This document shows positions 21,122 to 29,317 of a stretch of DNA of 38,866 nt, one piece after another. The stretch is taken from assembly GCA_049512315.1 (NCBI GenBank), contig JBEKXF010000005.1, positions 124,001 through 162,866 of the forward strand, written 5' to 3'. Every line of letters starts with the position of its first letter. Position 1 is the stretch's first letter. The position numbers and the translations under genes were made by a program. Source of the DNA: Candidatus Aminicenantales bacterium (GTDB lineage Bacteria > Acidobacteriota > Aminicenantia > Aminicenantales > Saccharicenantaceae). The notes below the pieces were generated by a model. That model worked only from the letters and a program-made list of their open reading frames with translations. It did not search any database and was not told the DNA's origin.

Positions 21122-21887
21122 AAAACGAATTCAAGAACTGCTGGTTCCGCTTTTTCCCAAGAAGAATATCGCTGCTGCTCTTCGTCACTATACGGGAATA
21201 GTAAGCGATTTCCAGGCTGGTAGATGGGAAGACTGTCTCGCCAAGATTGGGAAGCTAGTTGAGGCCGTTTTGAAGGCCTTGTATATTCATGTGGGAGAGA
21301 CTCTGCCCTCGGGAAGAGGATTTAAGGCGGATACGATAATAAATGGGCTGGCTAACAAGCCGCAAGGAACATATGACGACAGCATTAGGTTATTAATTCC
21401 CCGAGCCTGTCGTTTCATTTACGATATCGTGAGTAATCGAGGAGGGCGTCACGATCCGGACGAAATTGATCCTAATGAAATGGATGCCAGTGTGTCTGTC
21501 CCGATCTGCTCGTGGATTCTAGCCGAAATGGTCCGCGTCTCTCAGAAAGGCCCTGTTGATCTTGAAGGTGCGAAGGCGCTCGTTGATTCGTTAACTGCAA
21601 AGAAGTATCCCTACATTGAAGAAATAGAGGGCAGGGCCTATTTTCATTTCAAAGATATTAGTGCTACGGACGTAGCACTTTTGGCTTTGGCTCATCATCA
21701 TCCACGGAGAACAGTAAAACAGGAGCTAATTAACACTATCAAACGACATGGATTCTCGGATTCCTATGCTCGTAAGGCGGTGCAAAGGATTTCTCGACTT
21801 GTCGATGATAACGGAAACAATCAATTGAGACTGTTGATACCTGGCTTAAAAGAGGCCGAAGAAATCATGAAAGCAAAGGCGGCTTAG
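21114..21887 (+). CDS. HEPN-like domain protein with C-terminal wHTH
   Basis: GRWEDCLAKIGKLVEAVLKAL...IPRACRFIYDIVSNRGGRHD...MDA...WILAEMVR; overlaps the upstream gene by 8 bp. Confidence 0.7.
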   Translation: MARKRIQELLVPLFPKKNIAAALRHYTGIVSDFQAGRWEDCLAKIGKLVEAVLKALYIHVGETLPSGRGFKADTIINGLANKPQGTYDDSIRLLIPRACRFIYDIVSNRGGRHDPDEIDPNEMDASVSVPICSWILAEMVRVSQKGPVDLEGAKALVDSLTAKKYPYIEEIEGRAYFHFKDISATDVALLALAHHHPRRTVKQELINTIKRHGFSDSYARKAVQRISRLVDDNGNNQLRLLIPGLKEAEEIMKAKAA

Positions 21888-22476
21888 GTTCTACGGTTGT
21901 ACTTTGCAGACAACTTTGCGGTCTTAGGCCTAAATCGACTCCCCGGATAATCAGCAGGACGTCGTGGAAGGCCAAGACGAACCTCCTAAAGAAACCGAGG
22001 GCAAATGCCCTAGAACCCCAAGTACCTGTGAAATTCCAAAGCCTCTCCCAACCATTTCCCAATGCCCTTTAAATGAGGCTTTCCAGCGGCCCTGGATAAA
22101 CCTTCGCCCGAGTCTGCGGCTGCCTGACTGATCCCAGGGCATTACTCCTCACCTGCACACCTCTTTGCGCACCCGTTTCGTTAGGTCATCCGAAAAGGCA
22201 AGCCCGGGTAAGCCCTTGCCCTGGGCCTGGCCTTGGCTGTTCGGGTGCGCCTACGGGCGCAAGAGGGGCACTTCTGGTCCTTCAGCGCAGCGATTCATAA
22301 CCCATTCGGAAGGCGGTTTCAACCCCAAGCAAATTTTTCCCCCAATTTGGGGCTCCCCCGTCCGGGCCACCCATACCTGGGGCAGATACAAAACATGCAA
22401 ATTTTTTAGTTAGGCTATGTGCAAGGTTATGTTTTCACGGTATACCTATTCTCGGGTGCTGAAGGAGGGCACGCGA

Positions 22477-22842
22477 ATGAAACAAGCCAATGTCAAAACC
22501 CAAGCGAAGGCGAAGGTCAAGCCTGAGGAGGGGAAAAGAGCCGACGCCGAGGCGGTCGCGGAGGCCCACGGGCTCGATACGCTTCCCGAGGCCATCGACT
22601 ACCTGACGGACGACAGGTCCCACGGGGACGAACTCATCGCCGGCATCGCCGCGCGCCTTGCGCGGGAACGATGGGCTGGCCGGCCGCCGAAGGGGAACCG
22701 GGAGATCGCCGTCGAGTTCATCATCGAGTGCCAAGACCTTGCGAAGAATGAAGCCGAGAAGCCCGATGCGGCATTCCGCGCCGACCTGAAGATTCTCGAG
22801 GCGAACAACCTGAAATACTTCGGCAAACAAAAAAGGAAGTAG
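22477..22842 (+). CDS. Hypothetical helical protein coupled to the recombinase
   Basis: AAGGAGG SD; stop lies 1 bp before the recombinase ATG. Confidence 0.75.
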   Translation: MKQANVKTQAKAKVKPEEGKRADAEAVAEAHGLDTLPEAIDYLTDDRSHGDELIAGIAARLARERWAGRPPKGNREIAVEFIIECQDLAKNEAEKPDAAFRADLKILEANNLKYFGKQKRK

Positions 22843-22843
22843 G

Positions 22844-23455
22844 ATGGCCGGACGCCCCAAAGGGACGGCCCTCAACGGCAGGGTACGGTACCTCGCCGAC
22901 GACGAGCTCGCCCGGTTCTTGGCGGCGGCCCGCCGGCACGGGAGGAAGTGGGACTGCCTGTGGTCGCTCGTCTACTTCTTCGCGATGAGGATCGGCGAGG
23001 CCGTCTCGCTCAGGCTGGACGACGTCAGCCTCGATGCGCACCAGATCACGATCAGGGCGGAGAAGGGTGGGTTCTCAAGGACCTACGACATCCCGGAGAA
23101 GCTAGAGAAGAAACTCACGGCGTGGCTGAAGGAGAGGGCTGGGCTACCCGAGGCAAAGGAAAATCCCTACCTCTTCCCGTCGAGGGACCTTCCCCGCACC
23201 GAGCACATGACCAGCGAGAGCGGTTGGAAGCTGTTTCAACTAACCAGCAGGAAGGCCGGACTGGCAAACCCCCACAGCCCCCACGACCTCCGCCACACCT
23301 GCGCGAGCCAGATGGCAGCCAAGGGCGACTCGCTCGTGCAGATCGCCCGGTGGCTCAGACACAAGAACGTCGCCAGCTCAGAAAGGTATCTGTCGGACAT
23401 GAATTCCGCCGAACATGAAAGGGAGATGGAACGGCGATCAGCGAAATTCCTTTGA
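22844..23455 (+). CDS. Tyrosine recombinase, catalytic domain only (FimB/FimE-like size)
   Basis: YL.DDEL..FL, MRIGEAVSL, EKGG, HDLRH, LRHKN, ERY: complete R-K-H-R-H-Y set in 203 aa. Confidence 0.93.
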   Translation: MAGRPKGTALNGRVRYLADDELARFLAAARRHGRKWDCLWSLVYFFAMRIGEAVSLRLDDVSLDAHQITIRAEKGGFSRTYDIPEKLEKKLTAWLKERAGLPEAKENPYLFPSRDLPRTEHMTSESGWKLFQLTSRKAGLANPHSPHDLRHTCASQMAAKGDSLVQIARWLRHKNVASSERYLSDMNSAEHEREMERRSAKFL

Positions 23456-23484
23456 GGATTGAAGTGGAAACACAAAACAGACCA

Positions 23485-24327
23485 ATGACAATTGAGGGGC
23501 CGTCCCCCGAGGCCAGGCAAGCCATGAACGCCATGGCCTTCGGGGTCCTCCGCGACCTGAAGGACTGCCTTACGCTCAGGGACGGGCTCTGCGAGGCCGA
23601 CGACTTCATCCAGGATTTCGTCGCCTTGGGCCGGTGGCGCGGCTGGCCCGAAAGCAAGGGCGACTGGAGGAACTACCTCCAGGCCATAAAATACCGGCGG
23701 CTCAAGGAAAATAGAACCGATATCTGCTGGGCCAGCCAGATCCGCCTCAAAAAAGACGACGGGGGAAACGAGGCCTATCCGGAGGGCGTTCCGCTCGGAA
23801 GGGACGCCGATGCAAGCCCCGAGGCCCTGCTGGAGGCCCGCGAGAGGGGCCTAGAGCCCGCCGAACCGCAAGCCCCTGCCCTTCCCCTGGCCAAGGGCTG
23901 GATTGAGGCCCGAGGCCCGAAAGAAATGCGCTTCCTTTTCCGCCTGTTCGAGGAGGTGGAACAGGGGCGGATGACGGCCGACAAGGCAACCGAGTTATTC
24001 TTCGCGGCCGTCACGCTCGAGAGTGCCGACCGCAGGCTGGCTCTCCCCAGTCTCAAGGACCAGAGGCGCGTCATGATCCGGCGGCTCCTGCGGACCGGCA
24101 TCACGGGCACCTTCGAAGGGAAGGAGCTGGCCGAGATATTCGGCCTGTCACCGGCCTCCATTTCCGCCATCAAGCATGAAGCCCCGACGGAGCCTGTGAC
24201 CGGGGCCCAGGTGGAGGAGCTTTGGGCGGAGGCCGAGGCGGAACTGACAAGGCGGGAAGACGAAGTCCGCCAGAAGACAGCGAAGGTCACCCGGGCCTGG
24301 GCGAACAAAAACACCCGCCGGGACTGA
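23485..24327 (+). CDS. Putative transcription factor with C-terminal HTH (sigma region-4-like)
   Basis: EGKELAEIFGLSPASISAIK helix-turn-helix; start uncertain (23452 or 23485). Confidence 0.65.
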   Translation: MTIEGPSPEARQAMNAMAFGVLRDLKDCLTLRDGLCEADDFIQDFVALGRWRGWPESKGDWRNYLQAIKYRRLKENRTDICWASQIRLKKDDGGNEAYPEGVPLGRDADASPEALLEARERGLEPAEPQAPALPLAKGWIEARGPKEMRFLFRLFEEVEQGRMTADKATELFFAAVTLESADRRLALPSLKDQRRVMIRRLLRTGITGTFEGKELAEIFGLSPASISAIKHEAPTEPVTGAQVEELWAEAEAELTRREDEVRQKTAKVTRAWANKNTRRD

Positions 24328-24341
24328 TCCACCACGGTCCC
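24310..24341 (+). repeat. 32-bp direct repeat with internal dyad, copy 1
   Basis: AACACCCGCCGGGACTGATCCACCACGGTCCC; 29/32 match to 25129-25160. Confidence 0.85.
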
Positions 24342-24502
24342 GCTTTCGCACAAGAGCGAACCCCAGCCCGCTGCCAAAGGTGCCCCAATTGGGCACTTAT
24401 TTACAAGAACTTAGGTTCTAGGCATGAATTGAATTGAAACACTTTCACGTTCACCAGAGTTATTAGGCATTGAAGACGAAGAGAGGGGAGGGACTGGCAA
24501 GA

Positions 24503-25102
24503 ATGAAAAAGCTTCTATGTGCTTTTCTTTGTTCTTTAGTTTTCAATCCTTCCTTGATCTTGGCCCGTATTCAAAAACCACAGGAGATTTCCAAGAAGCC
24601 ATATCCAGGAATCTCGGAATTCTATGACAACCTCAACTATGTAATCGCGTTTAGCTCATATTCCGAGAGGGTTGAATTAACAAAATATCTTGCTGAGAAA
24701 GAACTTCCTGAGAAATTCAAGCGGCGGCGGTTGGCAAAGGTCTTTGCCTTGATGAAGAAGATCGAGACAGAGATCATCAAGGAAGACCCGAACATAGTAA
24801 TCTGGACTGGGCCGCCTTCCGGGCACATATATTATTCCGGCTTGATCGAAATCAAAAAGATTCAGCCAGGAGCCGATATAATTAGGGTGGAAGTCATTGT
24901 TTACCATCTCAAACCGGAGATTAATAACGAGCTGATTGCTCGATACGAGGCAGCCAGAGGCGATGAAAAAAAGGTCCCGAAAGAAGAACAAATGCTGGGG
25001 ATAGTAAAACCGGCTCCTTATCGAAAAGAAGAAGTCCATACGTGGGTACTTGTCGATGGCGATTGGAAGAAGAAGGAAGCCAATTTAGTTTCACTAAAAT
25101 AA
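24503..25102 (+). CDS. Secreted hypothetical protein (AT-rich insert)
   Basis: MKKLLCAFLCSLVFNPSLILA signal peptide; visibly AT-richer than its neighbours. Confidence 0.75.
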   Translation: MKKLLCAFLCSLVFNPSLILARIQKPQEISKKPYPGISEFYDNLNYVIAFSSYSERVELTKYLAEKELPEKFKRRRLAKVFALMKKIETEIIKEDPNIVIWTGPPSGHIYYSGLIEIKKIQPGADIIRVEVIVYHLKPEINNELIARYEAARGDEKKVPKEEQMLGIVKPAPYRKEEVHTWVLVDGDWKKKEANLVSLK

Positions 25103-25128
25103 ACATCAGGATCTCGCGTCATTTCCCG

Positions 25129-25160
25129 AACGCCCGCCGGGACTGATCCACTACAGTCCC
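25129..25160 (+). repeat. 32-bp direct repeat with internal dyad, copy 2
   Basis: AACGCCCGCCGGGACTG-atccacta-CAGTCCC followed by CTTTTT. Confidence 0.85.
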
Positions 25161-25228
25161 CTTTTTCCCCAACGATTCACCAAATCTCCCGGAAACTGAA
25201 TCCTTTTCCCCTAGTCTATGCGGAGAGG

Positions 25229-25759
25229 ATGAAAATGACTTATGAAACCGAACTAATCAATTCGTCGGGCAGGCCGATCACCGTCTGGGACGCGACAGGC
25301 CCCCCTATTTTCGCCATTCTTCCAAACAATAGGCGAATCCTAGAGAGTGTTTCGCCCCATACCCTCTACAGCCGCTATTCGCGCGTCGAATGGGCGCCCG
25401 ACGGGAGCGTCGTCCTGACCCCGCGCCCAGGGTTTAAGATGCCCCCGGCGGCCTTCGGGGACTGGCCCATCTTACTCAGGAACATCGACGGCGGGGACGT
25501 GGAGACCAGGGAGCTCGAGGGCATCGGCGAGGTCCACGTCCCCCGCGGCATCCCGGTAGTAGTGCCCTGCCCGCCCAGTTCCCCGCTCGCCGTATACAAG
25601 GAACTCCGCATCGCGGTAACCGCAGAATGGGTCGAGTCGAGAGCTTTCCGAGGCTACGCTTACAAGAGTGAATGCCTCAGGGACAACTGGGTCGAGCGCG
25701 ACGAGGTGAATCTCAGGAGGATTGACGAGATTCTGGCGAAGGCGGGAAGCGAGAGATGA
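25229..25759 (+). CDS. Hypothetical beta-rich protein, paralogue A
   Basis: GGAGAGG SD; similar to 25907-26494. Confidence 0.75.
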   Translation: MKMTYETELINSSGRPITVWDATGPPIFAILPNNRRILESVSPHTLYSRYSRVEWAPDGSVVLTPRPGFKMPPAAFGDWPILLRNIDGGDVETRELEGIGEVHVPRGIPVVVPCPPSSPLAVYKELRIAVTAEWVESRAFRGYAYKSECLRDNWVERDEVNLRRIDEILAKAGSER

Positions 25760-25906
25760 AGGGACAGAGACTGGCTTCATTCGAACTGCTCCTCTTCTCA
25801 AATCGCCTGGTGCGTAAAAAAGAATGCGGCGGGACGGGGGCATCCGGGTTTGCTCCTGACGGAACGTGCTCCCGCCCCGCCCTCCATTCCCTTTTAGGAG
25901 GTACAA

Positions 25907-26494
25907 ATGAAAATCAACCCTAATGATTTGTTTGAAACCGAGCTGGTCAACAAGACCGACGGGGAGAAGATCGTCCTGGAGTACAGGAAGGAGATGCTGA
26001 GGCTCGGCCCGGGCGAAACGAAGCGAATCCATTCGATCGCGCCCACGACGAGCTATGCCCGCTACAACCGGATCGTTTTCGAGAAGGACGGCAGCGCGAG
26101 CCATAAGGTCAACCCGAAATGGGCCCCTCCCCCGTCGTGGGAGGGCCGCTGGATTTTGGAAATCGTGAACGAGGCCTATGAGCACCAAACAATAAGAATA
26201 AACCAGGAGAGCGTCTCGGCCTATCGTGGGGTCCCCAGGCTGGCGCCTGTGGACATCGACGACCCCCTCGTTTGGGTGCAGCGGCTGATCATCAAGGAGG
26301 CCGTTGAGAGGACGCAGGATGGCTGCCACCCGGGCTATCTGAAGGAACAGCGGCGGGTCGTCTCCGTCAGAGAACTCCGCCCGAAGAGAGATCTCCTGGC
26401 GATCAAGGCCCGGCTGGACGAGCTCGTGAAGGCCAAGGTCATGCGGCCCTTTGCCCTGCCCCCCGACGTGAGGGCAAAGCTCCAGGAGGCCTGA
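25907..26494 (+). CDS. Hypothetical beta-rich protein, paralogue B
   Basis: AGGAGG SD; similar to 25229-25759. Confidence 0.78.
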   Translation: MKINPNDLFETELVNKTDGEKIVLEYRKEMLRLGPGETKRIHSIAPTTSYARYNRIVFEKDGSASHKVNPKWAPPPSWEGRWILEIVNEAYEHQTIRINQESVSAYRGVPRLAPVDIDDPLVWVQRLIIKEAVERTQDGCHPGYLKEQRRVVSVRELRPKRDLLAIKARLDELVKAKVMRPFALPPDVRAKLQEA

Positions 26495-26502
26495 GCCCGC
26501 CC

Positions 26503-28134
26503 ATGGCTCAGTGCCAGGCGCTCCGGGTCGACGGCCGCCCCTGTGGCATGAAGGCCCTCCGGGGCGAGCCGTTCTGCGTCCGCCACAGCGAAAAGACCAG
26601 TCCTAGGGACATTATCGAAGCCATGTTCGACAGGCGGGCCTTCGGGAAGCAGTTCCATGACCCCGCGACGTGGTCAAACTGGGTGGTCTGCCTGAAGGCG
26701 ATCTACGGCCTTCCGCTGACCCCTCTCGAACTCGAGGTCTTCAGAACGTGTACAGGCCGTATGTTTCCCAGGACCGGGGGCTACGAGGAGGTCTTCATCA
26801 TCGCCGGGAGGCAGGGTGGGAAGTCAACGACCATGGGCTTCGTGGCGGCCTACGAGGCGGCCCTGGGAGGCTGGGAGATGAAGGTCGGCCCGGGCGAGCA
26901 GTGGAACATTTTCTGCCTGGCCGACACCAGGGAGCAGGCGGGCATCGTCTTCGGCAACATCAAGCGGTTCCTCGGGCCCTTCCAGAGGCTCGTCAGGCGC
27001 GAGACAAACGACGAGCTCGACCTAGTCAACGGCGCCCACATCGCGGTCAAGGCGTCGGACTTCAGGTCAGTCAGGGGCTGGCGCCTGGCCCTGGTCGTCC
27101 TCGACGAGGTGGGGTTCTTCCCGAACGACAACGTCGACGAGCTCGTTTCAGCGCTGACGCCCTCGATCATCCCGGGCGGACGGCTGATAGGCATCTCGAG
27201 CCCGAACCGGAAGGCGGGGCCGCTCTGGGCACTCTACGAGAAGTTCTGGGGAAGAGACGACGCCGATACCCTCATTTTCAAGGCCCCGACGAAGCTTCTG
27301 AACCCGACCTTCTCCGACCGCAAGATCGCCCGGGACATGGAGAGGGACCCCGAGCGGTGCCGGGCCGAATACGAGGCCGTTTTCCGGGACGACATCGGGG
27401 CACTCTTCGATGAGGAGAAGCTCCGGGCCGCGGCCAAGGGCTCAGAAACACCGCCTGAAAAGGGCATGAAATACGTTGCCTTCATCGACGCATCGGCGGG
27501 CAGGGCGGACAGCATGACGCTGGCCATCGCCCACGCCTTCCAAGAAATGGTCTATCTCGACCTAGTCCGAGAAAACGTTCCCCCGTTTGATTTCGTCCAG
27601 GTCGTCGAAGAATACGCCGGCCTCTTGCGAGAATATGGTATCCATGAATGCTGGGGCGACCGGTACGCTTTCGCCTCGCTCGAGAGCCAGCTCAGGCGGC
27701 ACAGGATCGCCCTGAGCCAGAGCAAGGCCAGCGCGACGGAGTTCTACCTGAAGCTGAAGGCACTCCTGCAGGCCGGGGCCGTAGTCCTCTTGAACGACAG
27801 GAAGCTGATCGACCAGCTAATGCGGCTAGAAATCCAAACGCTGCCAAGCGGTGCCGAGAGGATCGACCACCCCAAAAACGCCAACGACGATGTAGCCTCG
27901 GCTGCGGCCGGGGCGATCTACCATGTGTGCAAGGGGACGGGATCCAGGCAACCCACGCCTGGACTCGTCGTCCAGAGGCACGAGCACCCCGACATGCAGA
28001 GAGAAAAAGAGTTGCAGGCCAAAGATGAGTTGGCGGACTGCGAGCGCGAGATGATGGAATATATCGCCGACGGCGGCGGGCTCGGCATTCCCATCCAACC
28101 CGGGCGCGAATTTATTCCTGTAAAACGCCCTTAA
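26503..28134 (+). CDS. Terminase large subunit with fused N-terminal C3H zinc-finger-like motif
   Basis: Walker A AGRQGGKST, VRG...VVLDE Walker B, ISSPN coupling motif, RAEYEAVF, nuclease motifs FIDASAGRADS, GDRY, NDDVASAAAG. Confidence 0.88.
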   Translation: MAQCQALRVDGRPCGMKALRGEPFCVRHSEKTSPRDIIEAMFDRRAFGKQFHDPATWSNWVVCLKAIYGLPLTPLELEVFRTCTGRMFPRTGGYEEVFIIAGRQGGKSTTMGFVAAYEAALGGWEMKVGPGEQWNIFCLADTREQAGIVFGNIKRFLGPFQRLVRRETNDELDLVNGAHIAVKASDFRSVRGWRLALVVLDEVGFFPNDNVDELVSALTPSIIPGGRLIGISSPNRKAGPLWALYEKFWGRDDADTLIFKAPTKLLNPTFSDRKIARDMERDPERCRAEYEAVFRDDIGALFDEEKLRAAAKGSETPPEKGMKYVAFIDASAGRADSMTLAIAHAFQEMVYLDLVRENVPPFDFVQVVEEYAGLLREYGIHECWGDRYAFASLESQLRRHRIALSQSKASATEFYLKLKALLQAGAVVLLNDRKLIDQLMRLEIQTLPSGAERIDHPKNANDDVASAAAGAIYHVCKGTGSRQPTPGLVVQRHEHPDMQREKELQAKDELADCEREMMEYIADGGGLGIPIQPGREFIPVKRP

Positions 28135-28328
28135 AGCCCCATCCCGAGTTATAAATTTAAAAGATAAAACCCTACTTTTGGCTAGATCAGTTTTGGAGTG
28201 AGGCTCCCGCTGCCGGCTCGCATATATCGCTACCGTCTGGAAGTTTCTGTCCGCCCTGCTTCCGATGATTGTCCCTCCCCCAATCAAGAAGCACAGAGAC
28301 AGCGACTCCGGATAACGGATTCTTCAAG

Positions 28329-28784
28329 TTATGTATGGACGGAGGCCTGGGCCCTGATGAGATCGTGCAGGGTGATGATGCCCTGAATCGCACCGCTCTC
28401 CCGGCTGACCACCACGAGGACATTGATCGGGGACTGGATGAACTTGTCCCCGACTTCGCGGACCGTCTGGTCCGGGAAGCAGGTGATGACGTTCTGTATT
28501 TCCGGAGTATCCTTTCCGATCAGGGATTCGAGAATCCGCTGGCGGGTCAGAACCCCTTGAAGCTTGCCGTCTATCTCGACGGGGAAGCCGCTGTAAGGGT
28601 ACTTGTCCACGACGTCATGTAGCTTTTTCGGATCGAGGTTCCGGACCACAACGGGCCGAGGGTTGGCGATGGCGGAGACCGGAAGGTTCTGCCAGCTCTG
28701 CAGGTCCAGGGGCGGGCGAATCTTGTGGAGCTCATGGCCGTCCTGAACGAGCGCGGCGTCATAAAAATTCAGCCGGCCAGCCAC
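28329..28784 (-). pseudogene. C-terminal CBS-pair fragment, probably of a ClC chloride channel
   Basis: NFYDAALVQDG linker, YSGFPV...GKLQGVLTR and GIITLHDLIRA; no membrane domain upstream. Confidence 0.7.
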
Positions 28785-29007
28785 AGGGACATCATCCTTG
28801 TAAAAATGCCTTAACCTCGGAGGGCTCAGAGGATAAGCCTAGTTCAGTATAGAGCTGCATCGACCGGTACGGACCCATGCCTATTCCCGGCAAAATCCCG
28901 TCTCTGCTCGCCTCTCCTCGTTGAACCACTCCAACTCGTATAAAGGTGGTGGGCTGGCACGGTTGTACCTCTGAACCGCCCAGGGCAAGTGGTCTTAGGG
29001 TCAAAAA

Positions 29008-29217
29008 GGGGCAACTTGCCACGTGTGCAAGGCAATGGCGTCCAGGCAACCCACGCCTTATCTTGTCGCCTTGGACTGGACTGATCTGAATCAGCTGCCC
29101 TTCAGCCCGGCCAATACCAACCCCTTTATCGGCCCGAGAACGACCAGGAGACGAGCGGAGAGACGGGGGCATTCAACCCACTCCCAAGATATGGGCCGCC
29201 CAGAAATATCGTCGTAG
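29008..29217 (+). pseudogene. Second, divergent terminase C-terminal fragment
   Basis: GATCHVCKAMASRQPTPYLVA versus terminase GAIYHVCKGTGSRQPTPGLVV; ungapped DNA similarity to 27910-27972. Confidence 0.75.
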
Positions 29218-29317
29218 AGGCTCGGAGAGGTGGGAAAAAGGATGGAGGATTGCATTGCCCGTATTGGTTCTGTTAAGATTTTGGAGGGATCGGTTGTCTT
29301 ATAAGGGAGTAACTAAT

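Larger units (their letters stand above)
10200..29217. mobile_element. Integrated phage-satellite-like element / genomic island (boundaries approximate)
   Basis: Abrupt shift to AT-richer DNA after the radical SAM gene. Carries a primase-helicase, tyrosine recombinase, terminase and defence-like cargo. No clear att pair found. Confidence 0.8.

Noticed and set aside
14900..21900. Integron cassette array
   Set aside because: No attC-type RYYYAAC...GTTRRRY sites seen; genes have mixed orientation and their own promoters; the recombinase lacks the IntI insertion.
22300..22400. cos/pac packaging site
   Set aside because: Only a vague resemblance; no diagnostic sequence is visible.
10165..28159. 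TATAAATTTA at 10165 and 28150 as attL/attR
   Set aside because: Positions are suggestive, but a 10-bp AT-only match is too weak, and element-related sequence continues to about 29.2 kb.
28305..28340. dif-like site (TCCGGATAA...TTATGTAT)
   Set aside because: The spacer is 13 bp rather than 6 bp, and the right arm is simply the end of the CBS fragment.
27910..29070. Diversity-generating retroelement VR/TR pair
   Set aside because: Mismatches are not adenine-specific and there is no reverse transcriptase in the window.
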